The translations under genes were made by a program, and so were the position numbers. A stretch of 64,000 bases of DNA from Xylographa opegraphella (Eukaryota), in NCBI GenBank assembly GCA_022813865.1, contig JALDZX010000005.1, positions 310,001 to 374,000 of the forward strand, given 5' to 3'. Under the pieces are notes generated by a model, which searched no databases, was not told the DNA's origin, and saw only the letters and a program-made list of their open reading frames with translations. Below are positions 48,954 to 63,150 of this stretch, piece after piece. Every line of letters starts with the position of its first letter. Within the stretch, counting starts at the first letter, position 1.

Positions 48954-51900
48954 ATGAAGCAGCGATTCTCATCCTTAGATGTCAAGGTACTTGAGTAATT
49001 CTAAAATATGGTTGCTTTCCCTAGCTAATCCTAGTATCAGGTCATTGCCCATGAGCTGTCCAACAGCCTCTGTACGCTCCGTCTGGCAAATGTCTATGAC
49101 CTGTCTTCGGTAGAGAATCCATGCTTCTTTAGGATCTTAGTGGCTAACTCAGGGAATAGCGAATATTCCTCCTCAAATTCGCAAAGCCGAACCACCGCGA
49201 GCAGATGGTCATAGACTCTGGTTTCCGCTGCCATCTTACTAGCTTTTCTCGCGCAACCGCAGCAGCTCCATCTGCTTTTGTTACTCGGCTACGGAAGTAT
49301 CTGCGCACTAGACGAGTCACCTCTGTATCTCAAGTCGGTACAGATCGAATCATCGAGTTTCAATTTAGCGATGGTCAATACAGGCTCTTCTTGGAGTTTT
49401 ACGCTGGAGGAAATATTGTTCTCACAGATAAAGAGCTTAATATCTTGGCACTGTTGCGGGCTGTCAGTGAAGGCCAGGATCAAGAAGAGTTGCGTGTGGG
49501 GTTGAAGTATTCGTTGGAGAACAGGCAGAATTACGGAGGTGTCCCACTCTTAACAAAGGCAAGGGTGCGGGAAGGCTTGCAGAAAGCGCTGGACAAAAAC
49601 GAAGGAGCGGCTACTGCTCCAACCAAGAAAGTGAAGAAGAAGCCTGGGGACGTTTTGCGAAAGGCTCTTGCAACGACACTAACAGAGTTCCCTCCTATGC
49701 TTGTGGATCATGCCTTACGAGTGAAGGGCTTTGATTCGAGTACTCTATTAGAAGAAGTAATACAAGATGACTCCGTTCTAGATCGGCTTATGCTTGTGCT
49801 GGAGGAGGCTGGTAATGTGGTAAAAGCGATAACGGCTATGGAGACTTCTAAAGGATATATTATTGCCAAGCTCACGAAAGTGCGAAATGAACACAAGGAA
49901 TCTCTATCTCATAGCAATGAGGAAGACACGAAAATAGAAGGGTTGTTGTATGAAGACTTTCATCCTTTTCGACCACTACAATTTGAAGGCATTCCGGAGA
50001 CAAAGATCATTGAGATTGACGGATTCAACAAGACTGTAGACGAATTCTTTTCTTCTATTGAGGCCCAGAAGCTTGAGTCGCGACTTACGGAACGCGAGGA
50101 ACAAGCCAAAAAGAAGTTAGAAACCGCAAGGCAAGATCATCAAAAGCGAGTTGGTGGTTTACAGCAAGTCCAAGAATTGAACGTTAGGAAAGCTCAAGCA
50201 ATTGAAGCTAATCTCCAACGGGTTCAAGAAGCGATTCTAGCGGTTAATGGGCTGATAGCACAAGGTATGGACTGGGTTGAGATTGCCAGGCTTATTGAAA
50301 TGGAACAGGCCCGCCACAATCCTGTGGCTGAGATGATCCGGATACCTTTGAAGTTATATGAAAATACAGTCACATTGCTGCTTACAGAGGCTAACTTTGA
50401 CGACGAGGATGACTTTGAGGGAGATGAAACAGGCAGTGACGTTTCAGACAGTGAGGACGAAAATCGTAAACGCCCTAAGGATGCTAAATCGGTGAAGCCG
50501 GTGGACCGGCGACTGGGGGCAGACGTAGACCTTGCTCTTTCGCCTTGGTCTAATGCACGCCAGTACTATGATCAGAAAAAAACTGCAGCTGTCAAAGAGC
50601 AAAAGACTTTGCAATCATCAGCTATGGCTTTGAAGAATACTGAAAAGAAGATCAATGCCGACTTGAAGAAAGGTCTTAAGCAGGAGAAGGAAGTGCTACG
50701 GCCTGTCCGGAAGCAGCATTGGTTCGAGAAATTTTACTATTTCATATCATCTGATGGGTATCTTGTCCTGGCGGGTAGGGACGCTCAGCAGAACGAAATC
50801 TTGTATAAGAAACACCTCAAGAGAGGCGATATATATGTGCATGCGGATCTTCAAGGCGCCTCCTCAATCGTGATCAAGAACAAAACTTCGATGTTGGATT
50901 CCCCCATACCTCCATCAACGCTTTCGCAAGCTGGCACGTTTGCAGTATCAACTTCGAGTGCATGGGATTCAAAGGCAGTAATGGCTGCATGGTGGGTGAA
51001 CGCAGATCAGGTTTCAAAGACTGCCCCTACTGGGGAATATCTTACAGCTGGCGCATTTCAGATCAGAGGAAAGAAGAACTTCTTACCGCCCGCACAGCTT
51101 CTTTTGGGATTTGGAGTGATGTTCCAGATTAGTGACGAAAGTAAAGCCAGACATATGAAGCACAGGATACGAGACGACCCGGAGACGGCCGATACAGGCA
51201 GCGCTGGCACGACTTTAGTGGAAGAAAGTGGCATTGCGAATGACGAAACAGATGAAGAGGGCGATATAAATCAGAGTGATGATGATCATAATGCCAACGG
51301 AGAAGCTCATTCAGACTTGGAAAACAAAGACGCGGATGACGATCCTGGTTCGGAGTCTGATAAAAATTCCCACAACGACGACGAGGATGAAAATGATGAC
51401 TCTCATTACGCCAATCCATTGCAGTTTGGTCAAAGGCAGGTTCAAAGCAAAGACCAAGAGCCAGTTTCTGGCTTAGAGGGCGTGAAGGTCGCTTTGCCAA
51501 TAGATGGAGAGCAAGGAGAAGAATTGGAAAAAATCACTGCCGCCAATTCAGAGGATAGCGATGGATCAGACTCCAACGACGAGGCCGACAAGGTCAATGA
51601 ACAAGCCGATAATGACCCCGAACCAAGTCAATCCAACGCTGGAATCCGCCATCTTTCCGCCAAAGAGCGCCGGCTCCTCCGCAAAGGTCTCCCCCAATCC
51701 TCCACGCCCCCTACCGCCCCGACCTCCGACATTGAAGCCCAATCAGAATCCGTACACTCCCTTGATACGAAACAGAACCACCCTCTTACTACCGAAAAAG
51801 CTTCGGTCTCCCAAGCCCCCCACGTCCGCGGTAAACACGGACAACGCAACAAACGCGCCACCAAGTACGCTCACCAAGACGATGAGGACCGTGCCCTCGC

Positions 51901-52522
51901 TCTCCGGCTGCTAGGCTCCACAGCCGGCCAGCAAAAAGCCGCCTCGGACGCGGAGTCGAAAGCCGTGCGCGACGCCGAGGCCGCAGCGCAGAAAGAACGG
52001 CGGCGTGAGCAGCATCTCCGGGCCCAGCAGTCTGGAAAGGAAAGCGAAGAACTCAGGCGGCAGAACCTTGAGGCTGGTCTAGGCGACGAGGATGTGGACG
52101 AAGGTGCAGATCTGCGAGTGCTGGAAAGCTTTGTGGGCATGCCGTTGCCCGGAGACGAGATCCTCGATGCGCTGGTCGTGTGTGCGCCGTGGGATGCGAT
52201 CGGGGCGAGGCTAAGATGGCGAGTAAAGATGCAGCCGGGCACTGTGAAGAAGGGCAAAGCTCTGAGGGAGATATTGGGGCATTGGGGAAAAGAGGTGGGT
52301 GATAGGGAGAAGAGGAAAGTTTTGGGCGTTGGGGACGGTTTCGAGGAGGACGTGATGAAGAGACGTGAGGGGGAATTGGTGAAGGCACTTAAAGAAGGGG
52401 AGGTGGTAGGTGTGATCCCAGTGGGGAAATGCCGAGTTGTGGTTGGGGGTGGGGGTGAGAGGTCGAAAGCAGCGGCTGGGAAGGGAAAGAGAGGCGGGAG
52501 GGGAAGTAAGAAGGCGAAATAG
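48954..52522 (+). CDS. RQC2: Ribosome quality control subunit Rqc2/NEMF
   Basis: MKQRFSSLDVK first exon; WFEKFYYFISSDGYLVLAGRDAQQNE, QVSKTAPTGEYL and VCAPW..KMQPG motifs; two 5' introns. Confidence 0.95.
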
Positions 52523-53247
52523 TAGTTACATCAAGAGAAAAGTTGGCTAGAGCGTCGTACATATGAATATGACACGCTGATGGTCGAGCAAACATTGAAT
52601 CGACGATCAGAACGTTTCGGCCAATGGGGTTTACGAGAGTAGAAAGATTAATTGCGCTAATCGGAAGTTCACCTCACTTCTCCACAGGAACCCAGCCCGT
52701 TCTCGAAGTATTCGACATATAATACTCGTAATCGGGATAAGCTAAAGTGTAAGACTTGATTTCGCGGCCGTCAAGCCATCTTACCACTGTAGGCACGACA
52801 AGCGTGGTAAGTTGGGCGATCCAGCACTTCATTCAGTATCAACTACGGCTCCGGAGTACTGCGCTAAAGCTGAGGAGGTCATGGCCGTAGGTCAATGGAT
52901 TATGAACCCGTATCTCTATCAGCATCGCTCTAGATTGTAGGCTTCTCTCCGTCTGCGAATGTCCCCTAGTCGAACTGCTATTTCCTTGCTCCGCGAACAT
53001 GCACGCCCGGTTGCACGCAGTATCACGGTCCTTATGTTTCGAAATCTAGAAATCGACCGCTTTCATGCAAAACCAATATTCGCGTTACATATGAGTGTCG
53101 CTGATTGAGTCCGTTGCAGCTATACTGCTGCTACACAAGACACAATCTCCAACCAGGCATATACAAGTCACCGAACTCTGAAGACCATCGACATGAAGCT
53201 ATTCCAGTTCCGAACAAGTGAAACCGGAAGTTCGCAAGGCTGAGATT

Positions 53248-55879
53248 CTACAGTAGTGATCTGAGGGAAGATATCTTTTCACTGACCGATTCTCTACTCT
53301 TAAGAGTCATGACAGCTCCTCTCTGCGCAAGCATCACTAACTCGTCCATGGGCTTAGGATTGTCCTTCGCCAATCCGGCTATAAGAACACCAAGGAAAGT
53401 ATCGCCGACTCCATTGACAGACACTATCTCGTGCTCAGGTACAGTCTCTGCCGGCGGGAGCAGGCGCATATAGACACCAGCAAAGTCTTTGAGGTATTCG
53501 AAGTCTTTCTCGAAGTCAATTCGTTCGTCTGGGTTTTGATAGGTTTGTCTTCGAAGCGTTACGACGAGCGATTGCATTGCTGTGCCCAAATCCATCTCGT
53601 CAGATCCTGGGCCATGATATATGTATGGTCTTGCACGTGAGTCTGTCAACCGCTTATCGTCTTTGTGCAAAAGTTCAGTCAACAAAACTCCGCTTGATCC
53701 TATCTTTGTGAGAATGCATGGAAAGTATGGCAGTAGCTTGAGACTGCACCCAAGGATGAAATTGTCCTCGGCCTTCAGGACGGCAGCCAATTGATTTTGC
53801 GCACTCTTGAATCCCTCTTCAGGTCTCAAAGAATTCAGGAACAGTGTCCAAATATTCACCGCACGTTCACGATGACCATTCTGGCTTACATAGTCAGACA
53901 TAGCGCGCAACTCAGATGCATTGGGTGTAGCTAAGTCAGCAATATGCACGAGTCGTCGTGTTAAGTCAGAAAAATGAGCGAACACCCGGCGTGACTTCCC
54001 AACAGACACAGGCTCAAAAGCAGTCTTCATGCCCATAGCTTTTCCCAAAGTAACCCATTGCTTCAGCGATGAGGAGTCCCAATTCGCATCAACAACGAGC
54101 CACCGAGGGTTGCTAGAGGCCAGATGGGACCCCCATACTGCGGAAATATCGCGCTGGCTGTTCTCAAGAATCCTCATATCCGCCATAGCGCTAACCAACT
54201 CGTTAGCAGTGTTGTTGAAAGCAATGTATTGTGCAGTGCGGGAGCCATCATGTAGAGATTTGACACCGTCGACACGCATACCACGATTAGCAAGCATCTG
54301 TACTGCCGTCTGACCGCTTGCATCAGCTGCGACGGCGCTGCAAAATTGAGGGGGTTTCCCGAGGTAGTGCAATGCAGAAGCGACGTTCTGTCCAACACCA
54401 CCTAGACTTTGCGTAATAATTGCCGGATTTGAGGTGTGCATATCTGGATTTCCAGATGTGTTCCTCGATTTTCTGTCAGGGTTGTAATTGCAATTGGTAT
54501 CAACGGCAAGAGAACCGGCAACGAAAACTTCAGCTTGTTGTTGACTTTGAAGAAGTGCAGACGACTTATCAATCTTTAATTGTTGTGGTATACCAGAGGT
54601 TTGAGCTAATACTTCAACCACACTAGCAGACTTTCTGCTACCTGAATCATCAGACATTACTCAATTTTGAAAACAATACAGTGTTACCGATTAAGTTTTC
54701 TCTTGTCATTGAGGGCTAGGTTCCCCAACTCAACTGCCACTCTTGTGCCCCGTATCACATTATTCTCGACCAAGGCACTATTCGCTTTTACAGTTGCACC
54801 ATCAGTCAATTCTCGAATCTTGGCCAGCACGAATGGAGTGTTCGTACTGCCTGACACGCCGCTCTCCTCTGCTGCCCGGACTGCCTCTGACATGACATGA
54901 TCCATTTTTGATTTCGACAGCGAATACTCGTCGGGGATGGGATTAGCAAAGAGCAAACCAGACATGACTGGTAATTTCGATTGTGCGTAGATAATTGCAG
55001 CAGCCTCAGCTTCATTGGAGATGGTTCTTGGGCTTGGGATTCCGCTATCTCTGGTCCAGAATGCAGGAAGATCAACATTCCCGGTCCTGCCATCTGCGAA
55101 CGTACATACACAAACCCCCTGAGTTTCGAGATATTCGAGGGTTTTAGGAATATCGAGAAAGCTTTTGCAACCACTACTGATCACGGCTACCGGCGTCCGT
55201 CCGAGTTCGGTCAAATCTGCGCTGATGTCCATCGAGTTCTCTCCGTCTTTGTGCACGCCCCCTAATCCACCTGTTGCAAAGACCTTGATTCCAGCAAGAT
55301 GAGCCAAGAGCATGGTTCCACTAACCGTGGTCCCGCCATTCAAGCGTTTCTTCTTAATTCCCTATGAGACATTCAGTCCTTGATGCTTTGTGGTGATGAT
55401 TGGGTCCTCCAGGAAAGGTTACAGTACCAGTCCACATATATAGGCTAGATCACGCCTCGAGACCTTCAACGTCGTGTCCTTGCCAGAGGACTCGAGAAGC
55501 TCGAGAAGCTCATTCGCCTCAAATCCAACTCGTGCCACACCATTGAGAACGCCTATAGTGGCAGGAATACCGCCACCTACACGGACTAGGCCCTCCAAAC
55601 GAGAACACAGTGCGATGTTATCGGGATAGGGAAACCCTGATGGTTAATTAGGTACAATTCGTGGCGTGTAATACCATAAACTATACCATGGGTATATATG
55701 GTGGTCTCTAACGCTACGACTGGCTTGTCAGATTCGATAGCATCTCGGACTTCGTCTGAGATCTTAAAAAACGGGGTTTGAGTAGACACAAGTCTGTGCG
55801 AAGGTGGAAATGATGCCCTTGTAGGAGGAACGCGGAATACACTTCCTGATAGTCCTTGCTTCAAGAAGAGGGAAGACAT
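53248..55879 (-). CDS. Bifunctional pseudouridine-5'-phosphate glycosidase (IndA) / PfkB-type pseudouridine kinase
   Basis: VVALETTIYTHG, GGTTVSGTM, FATGGLGGVH and DISADLTELG, then GGVGQNVA and SVNGVGDTF; several introns. Confidence 0.93.
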
Positions 55880-56091
55880 GAATACATGCAGCAATCGATC
55901 ATCAGAAGTGCTTCATGACTTCCACCAATGAAATCTTTTCCTAGATAAGTTAACTTACCTTACGAAAGATTATTGTTGGATGGTCAATTTCGCTTAGCTA
56001 TGCGAAACTGGCTAGGCTAGTGCTGGGATCTTTACCACCAGCCACCAGCGCCTCCATATCACTGTCGTTGTTTTCTTCGGGTAGGGTTACG

Positions 56092-58610
56092 ATGAATGCG
56101 AATGGCATATATCGGGGGCCGGACAAGGAACAAAAAGTACTACACAGCAATGATGCCGAGGACCTTATCGTTCAAATGGATCGGGTAAGTTCAGTGAAAG
56201 AAATACAGGATACTTTGGCCAACCTCAAAGAACGGGAGCTATCTGTGACAGCGCGGCTCAATCATCTCGTAGCCTCTCAGAAAGATTTCCAGAGGGAGCT
56301 TGGCAAGCTTGACCTTCTGCGAGCACAGCTCGGGTCTCAAACTGTGGCAACGAGGTCCATTAGCAATAATATGCTATCTGATGCAGCCTCAACAGCTAAA
56401 CGGATATCGGGTGCAGTTCAGCGCCTTGATCTTGAGCAAGAAAGAGTAAAAGCTACGTTGGGAGTTGTGGAGCAAGTGGCCGAGCTCAAAGCATGCGTGC
56501 TAGGAGTGACTGGGTCCATGGGTGCTCCACAGGATTGGGAGACTGCCGCGGGCTATCTGAATCGAGCTTCCAAGATTCCGAAAGAAATAGTTTGCGGTTC
56601 TTTCGCCGCGGAGATTGTTCCTTCTGCAGAAGTTCCCGATTCTCCAAACGTGACGCTTGAACATGCTGCAGAGTCGTTATGTGGTCTTTTTCTACGAGAA
56701 TTTGAGAAAGCTGCTAAAGAGGACAACGGTGTCAAGGTTACAAGATTCTTCAAACTCTTCCCGCTTATAGGAAAGTCTGATGTTGGATTGGACGTATATG
56801 GGCGTTATGTTTGTCAAGGTGTTGCCTCACGTGCTCGGTCAAACATGAATACTGGAACTGGAGGAAACCAACGAAAAGATGGCTTCTTCTATGCTAATGC
56901 TCTTACAAAGTTGTTCGAGCACATTGCTCAAATTATTGAACATCATGGAGGTCTTGTTGAGCGCCACTATGGCCAAGGCCGTATGGTTAGAGTTATAGAA
57001 AGGCTGCAAGTCGAGGCAGACAGTCAAGGTGGCATTGTCATAGACACTTGGAGCGACGAACGCAACATCGACCGGAAACTCACCGATATTCGGTCTTATG
57101 CCTTTACATTTTTAGTACAGAGCTTTTTGCCTGCACAAAACATAAGACCGGCTTCTATTTCTCGTACGAATTCCCCAGCAACGTTCGATCGCAACACAGA
57201 GTCTCGTGGACAAGAAGAAGATGGAGCTGATATGAAAGATGTGGATGTAATTTTGAACGAACTGGCCGTCATGCTCGGAAAATGGTCTCTGTATTCCCGT
57301 TTCGTAGCAAATAAATGCCAGGTAGACTTTTCAGAGCACACCCTCCGCTTTTTCAAACTGATATTCGATAGAACGCAATTTCGTTGTCCATGGAGACCTC
57401 AGATCTATTGACGATGCCACCACTTCTGACCAATTCAAGTCTCATTAGAAAAATCGTAGATAAACTGATCTCGCCTTTTAACATAATGACAACGTTCTAT
57501 TTTCGCAGATCTGTCGAAAAAGCTTTTCAACTTGACGAGCAACCACCAGATCTTTCACTGAACATGAACAAAACCATTCCATCGAATGCACCATACATCA
57601 CCTCGGCAGTTGATGATGTGATGTACATTGTCAATCAGGTCATTCAGCGGTCGCTTGCGACATCACAGCGCGATGTGGTTGCGAGCGTTGTACCCACAAT
57701 TGCGCGCGTGCTAGGTTCCGATTTTGTTGGTATGGTTCAGAGGAAGATGCGAGATGAAAGCTATCCAAAGGGCGCTGTACAAGGAGCCCTGCCGCTTGAA
57801 CACATCATAGTTGCTTTTCTTGTCCTCATCAACAACCTTGATATCGCCACAGATTATGTGAAGAGAATCGTGCAATCAAGACTGGAGTCGCTTTCGAGTA
57901 CGGGTGCGATGAACGGAAACGAAACTCCCTCGAAGACCTTGGCAGATCTTTACCCTTTCGGCCATGACGCAGTCTTTGTCACCAATACCATGCTGTCCCT
58001 TCAGAACAGCTTCGAAACCAAGACCGCGGAGCTTATTAGTGATGGCATCTATGTCGTGTTCAAAAATGTGATGAAGCCTCGTCTGCGCCCTATCCTTGCA
58101 GATGCATTCCGGGATATTGACTACTCAATGACTGAGGACGAACTCGAAGAGCTTAGCCGCGAGGCAGAAGTCGAGGACGGTTACAACCTGGCTGCCGACG
58201 ATGCTGTACCTCGACGCTTCCAGCAGGGCTGGGAGGCCTTAACCAAGCCCATTGCGCGCATATTGACAGAGCCTAATTTTGCGAAGCTCCTCAGCACAGT
58301 CATCTCATACCTTGGCGAAGTACTTGAGAAACGTATTTGGAGCTTCTATGGGCGTATCAACAGCTTGGGCACTGTCCGCCTCGAGCGAGATATTGCTAAT
58401 ATCGTTAGTCTTGTTGTTAGGGGAGGCAAATATGCGTTGCGGGATTCATTCACTCGCTGCACACAGATCTGCCTGGTCATGAACATGGAAGAGGATGAGT
58501 GGGAAGAACTGCAGGCGGCTGAAAGAGGAGCCTTTGTGGATGGAGTGGAGTGGAAGATTGACGCCGAAGAGCGGGCGAGAGCGAAGGCTATGATCAGGAA
58601 TCCAGCGTGA
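56092..58610 (+). CDS. COG4: Conserved oligomeric Golgi complex subunit 4
   Basis: SGAVQRLDLEQERV, APQDWETAA, RFFKLFPLIG, RRSVEKAFQLDE, TSAVDDVMY and LGTVRLERD motifs; one intron. Confidence 0.93.
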
Positions 58611-58737
58611 GACAACTTCTACAGTGGATGACCGGAGCGGCAGAGATGATTCTCCATCAGTGATTTACCACGGTGTATGTGTACGCCATCATTGTTATTG
58701 AGGTGGTACACAAGTCACAAGATTACGCCATTCCTTT

Positions 58738-58837
58738 TCATTGATCGAGGGAAAGTATCATTGATCGAGGGAAAGTATCATTGATCGAGGGAAAGTATCA
58801 TTGATCGAGGGAAAGTATCATTGATCGAGGGAAAGTA
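58738..58837. repeat. Perfect 20-bp minisatellite, 5 copies
   Basis: (TCATTGATCGAGGGAAAGTA)x5 with no spacers. Confidence 0.95.
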
Positions 58838-59550
58838 AAGGTAACGAAAATCATGGTTGTCATAGAACGTCCTTTCAAACTTCTAATACTCCACTATAAG
58901 AACCATACCATCAGCTGCTCGTATCGAGTAATCTTCAAAGTGGCCGAGGACCGCAATGGCACACCTTGGGACCTTCAAAGGAACTCGGCTTCATATACCA
59001 GCTACCAAGACGCCAAGTGTCAGGACGATGGATCGACCATGAAAAGCTATAGACTAGTCTTGTTTCATAAGGGAAGACGGGATAGGCACTCCACGACGAA
59101 TGCGGCATTCGTACAGGAAATGGCTCGTGCTCGTGACCTCTCCGAAGCACCACCCGCGGCTCGAATACCCAGAACTGGTAGGAATGGTGATGCTGTCGTG
59201 ATAGACACCGATCGCAGCAATAGAGGACGGATTCAGTCGAGTGACTCCATACAGGAAGGAGGGGGAGAGGAAGGCGGGCGGCGCGGAGGTGTTTGTGCTC
59301 GTAGTAGATGCTCACACGCATAAATTATGGAAAATTTATTGATGAGGAAGTTTCCCAAGTCAAGGTTGAGGATTGAAAGTAAGTGTACCTTGCATTGGGA
59401 AGAAGAATCGTAGAGATGCATTCAGTGACGATGCTGAAACGGGGGGCTGGCGACCACCAAAAGTATAGAACCGGCCACATACGATATGGTTACACTACTA
59501 AGGTGTGAAATCATGATAGTGGAAACAGGATATATTACAACGCTCACTAA

Positions 59551-61159
59551 TCACGACTTTTTGCCTATGCTAGTATCCAGCTGCCCGACAACCCAAGCTG
59601 TAGTAAAGACAGCCATGACGCCCAGAAAAATCGTAATAGGTTTGCGGAGTCCAGCGGTCAAAGGATACTCATAAGTTACCTATCGCAACGACTTAGCTTC
59701 GAATGCACTTCATTTAGAGATAGAAACCGACATACCAAGAGATCCGCATCCCGGGACTCATCAATGACATTCATTGCTGTTAAAGTCAAGGTCGTCCGAC
59801 CGAGTGTATCCATGAATGTTCTGTGTTGTGAGATGGTTTCCGAGACTATGGGAACAGAAGTGTGATATTTTACATTTCTATGATGAAAGTCAATCAATTT
59901 GTCCATTTCGCGTGATCCAAATGTTACTCACGTTGCGCCTTCCGGAAGGATGACCCTTAGTATGATTTTCTCATACGATATGCCCTCTCCCATCTTCGGC
60001 CCTTCCAGAAAAGGCACTTTGAGTACGTATTGATCTCCTTTCACGTTGCGCAAGAAGCTTTTGAGGTTTGCGGCCCAACCAATTCGAAAAGGGAAACTCC
60101 AACCGCCAAATATTGGATACCGAGGCTTCAATTCCAGGTTAGCCTCTCTGAGATTGCTTCTATAGCGGCTAGTTGACACGTTCCCGATATCATCAGTAAA
60201 GTACGGATTCAGTGATCCTATCTTGAGTGGGATATTGAGCGCCTTGATAGCGCTTACTGGTGGATTGTAGTACTGAGTCGACTGCCATATCACTCTAGAG
60301 AAGTGGTTCGAAAGACTGGCTCCCTTATTAGTTAGCTGATATCGCTCTTCTGTGGCTAAGTTGCCGCCCCAGTGACTGATTTCGATATCTCTTTCCAGTG
60401 AAGTGGCGTGTATAACTGGCTTCGTAAATTCGTATCGTACACTAGCCAGAGAGTCCGAGCCTGCAGGTATATTATCGTATGGCCCATAGGTAAAGGTAGA
60501 TCCTTGGCGTTCTGGTTCGCCAGTGTATTCAGGGATATCAACCCCTGGAAACTTGATCTTCGTCTTTTGCTTTTGAGTCAGATATGCTGAAGGGGCGTAG
60601 GTGGAAAATGTGAGTCGAAGATACTGCTTGTCTTGCTGCTTGATGGTAGCCGGCAGGGGCGAAAGTGAAGATAATAGGTGGTATGTTATAGACAGCGTTA
60701 TTTGTGCGGCTGGGCTCAAGGCTTCTGGCAAAGTGATTCGGTAGAATTGGGTAGGACTGGAAATTGTTAGTAATTGTCGAGTAATTTTCTTTGGGAATTG
60801 GTTGACCTATATGTGTCGTACTCCACCAGCTCACTCCGAAACACAAGTTTGGTGGTGTCTTTCTTATCCCTGGCCTCGAATCCGCCGATTTTCCCAACCA
60901 CGCTGCCGTCAAAAGGAACGTAGTATTCATTCTGTGGATTGGTATCTATATTTTCTACAACGACATTCACAGTCTCTTTGACATAGCCCTTTTCTAAATT
61001 AATGCTTCTCACTAGATTGGTGTTTTTGAAGACTTGTGGTGGCTTGAAATTGGTGGGGAGGATAATATGGGACGATAAAGGAGTGGTGAGGTTGCTCTCG
61101 GTTGCGAGAGTATGTTGAAGAATGGTCAGACATGCCAAAGAAAAGGGAAATATCCTCAT
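59551..61159 (-). CDS. OST1: Oligosaccharyltransferase subunit ribophorin I
   Basis: Signal peptide; LERDIEISHWGGN, YFTDDIGNVSTS, PRYPIFGGW, ILPEGA and HRTFMDTLGR motifs; C-terminal TM segment; introns. Confidence 0.94.
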
Positions 61160-62073
61160 ATTGAAGGATAGCAGAGCAGTTGGCGCGCTGTGCTCGACAG
61201 TAGAGTTGGTCTCCCATCACAGCTTCAGAGCTCAATGTGGCCTTTCCTAAAGGGCTCATTTAGCGCGTCTACGGCCCGATGATTCATCCGCCCTCATAAC
61301 GCTCCGTCACTAGATATTCTCATGCAGTATTCGGCAGCAAATCGAAGAACTGAATTCGTGCAAATACTGTTAATTACAGCCTGCTGTCGTCGATAGCTGC
61401 AGTGAAACTACTAGTAGGGTAATGAAGATCACCATAAGGAATTATTCTACCACTGCTTACAATTAATCTGGTTACATCAAATGCAAACAGTACATTCAAC
61501 CTTTAGAAGCTCATCAATCTCGACCTTCAGGCTCTCGTCAACGATCATTTCTCTGTTGTTTGACTATGAGGCTCTGATGAATTGACCCCTCGAAACACCC
61601 AATTTCTAAGTTGAATTTCGCCCATACAATGCAAGCACCATGTTACATGCCTTCAAGATCTCCTTGAAGCATAAGAAGCTCAGCGCTGTTCTGCTATATT
61701 TTTATCGTGCTAACAAACTTGTTATAATAGTGAACACTTAGTCCCCCTATGTATATATGTTTCCGCAACCGCCTGTATTTTTGTCTAGAAATCTGTTTTA
61801 TTTATTCTATGCGATCGAAAGATCTACCTCCGATAAGGTTCCTCGGTCAGCATCTCTGTTTGAAGCTGCTCTGATAACCCCAGAGCAGCGTTTGCATTAT
61901 TGTTCTGGATCACTGGATGCGCTTTTCAAAGATGACTACTGCTTGCCGACTTTCCGAACCACCTTGCTGACTTTTGGCCGTTTGCTTCTAGCATTTGAAC
62001 TGAGAATCCGCGAAGATCCGCTTTGTTTTGAGGATTGATTAAGTCATCGAGAAACTTATCATCGGAAATGGTA

Positions 62074-62615
62074 TTAGAAATTCCGTGCTTGGGTCCGACT
62101 CAATGGTGTCAGAGTCCAGAAATAAGTGGTATTTGTAAACATTGATATCTCAACTATTGGCCCCTTGTCATCTCGAAAAGCCATGGCTTCTCGAACATGC
62201 TCATACAAGTTTATGAGGAGAGGCATCAAATTCTCTCTGAGATAATCTTTAACTCCTGACTGTGTACCGTCAAATAATTGAAGAATAAAGTTTGTGATGC
62301 TACCTGGATAGTTCATTAACTGCCGCAACTTGGACCATCATGCTGTGTACATTCTGGGCTCTGTTGTTCAAATGCAAGGACGGATTGGCACTGCCTCTAC
62401 CAAGTTCCCGCAAATCTACCAATATCGGCCTGACAAGCGAGCCTATATTGTGAATATGGGCTCTTGCCGTGTGATGCGGCTGTGTTTGGTAGGCATATCT
62501 CACATGAATTGGGTGGGTACGGTTGAACACATCTCTTCAATGGTATAGGCGTTGCCGTGTGAGCATACAACGAGTCTAGCAGTAGCAGAACTATCAGAGC
62601 TGCCTGCTTGACCAT
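62074..62615 (-). pseudogene. Probable disrupted small secreted protein gene
   Basis: A signal peptide plus LKR and Cys residues ends at TAG 62397-62399. The downstream protein-like frame (62074-62337) needs a frameshift or an unrecognised intron. Confidence 0.35.
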
Positions 62616-62636
62616 CCACTCCCTCGGATTTATAGA

Positions 62637-63150
62637 CTAGCCCTTCCTCGATGCAGCCCCTTCCAATAGCTGCCTGAGCCTGTCTCGTTCTGCTTCACAG
62701 AAATCCTGGTACTCGCCCTTTTTCGCCTTTGTGAGACCCATCTCATCCCACTCCCTGAAATGCTCCAAGCTCACCAGGTGCCACTTCACTACTAGGTCTT
62801 CAGCAACCTTCTCCTTCCATGCATCATAACCGTAAGGAACATCACTTTCAGGCGCTGTTCCATCCTCATAGAACATAGCCTCATTGCCGCCTCGTCATTA
62901 CGCTTCCGCTCAAACTCGGCCATCATCCATCCGTCTTGTTTCGAAGTCGGTCGCCTCATAGGCTTCGGCACAAACCACTTCGGGACATTGTCGTAATCGA
63001 GCCCGAAACCTGCACGATCCTACGTGGGTGAGCCATACCGGCCTTTATCGCGGCATATGTACAATGGATGAAAGTGATAATCTGGCTCATTGTAGAATTT
63101 TAGCTCGAATTCCTCTTGGCGGTGTTACCGAAGCGGTTTCTTGGAAGCGC
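62637..63150 (-). pseudogene. Pseudogene of a fungal hypothetical protein
   Basis: Frame reads EEFELKFYNEPDYHFHPLYICRDKGRYGSPT*DRAGFGLDYDNVPKW..., then a frameshift near 62880 into AMFYEDG..WKEKVAEDL. Confidence 0.55.

Noticed and set aside
53248..55879. Glycosidase-kinase fusion as a novelty
   Set aside because: The fused pseudouridine-catabolism enzyme is already known in fungi and other eukaryotes.
58738..58837. CRISPR-like array
   Set aside because: No spacers, eukaryotic context, no cas genes; it is a plain tandem repeat.
58853..59323. 156 aa plus-strand ORF after the minisatellite
   Set aside because: No recognisable motif; low-complexity tail; likely non-coding sequence between convergent genes.
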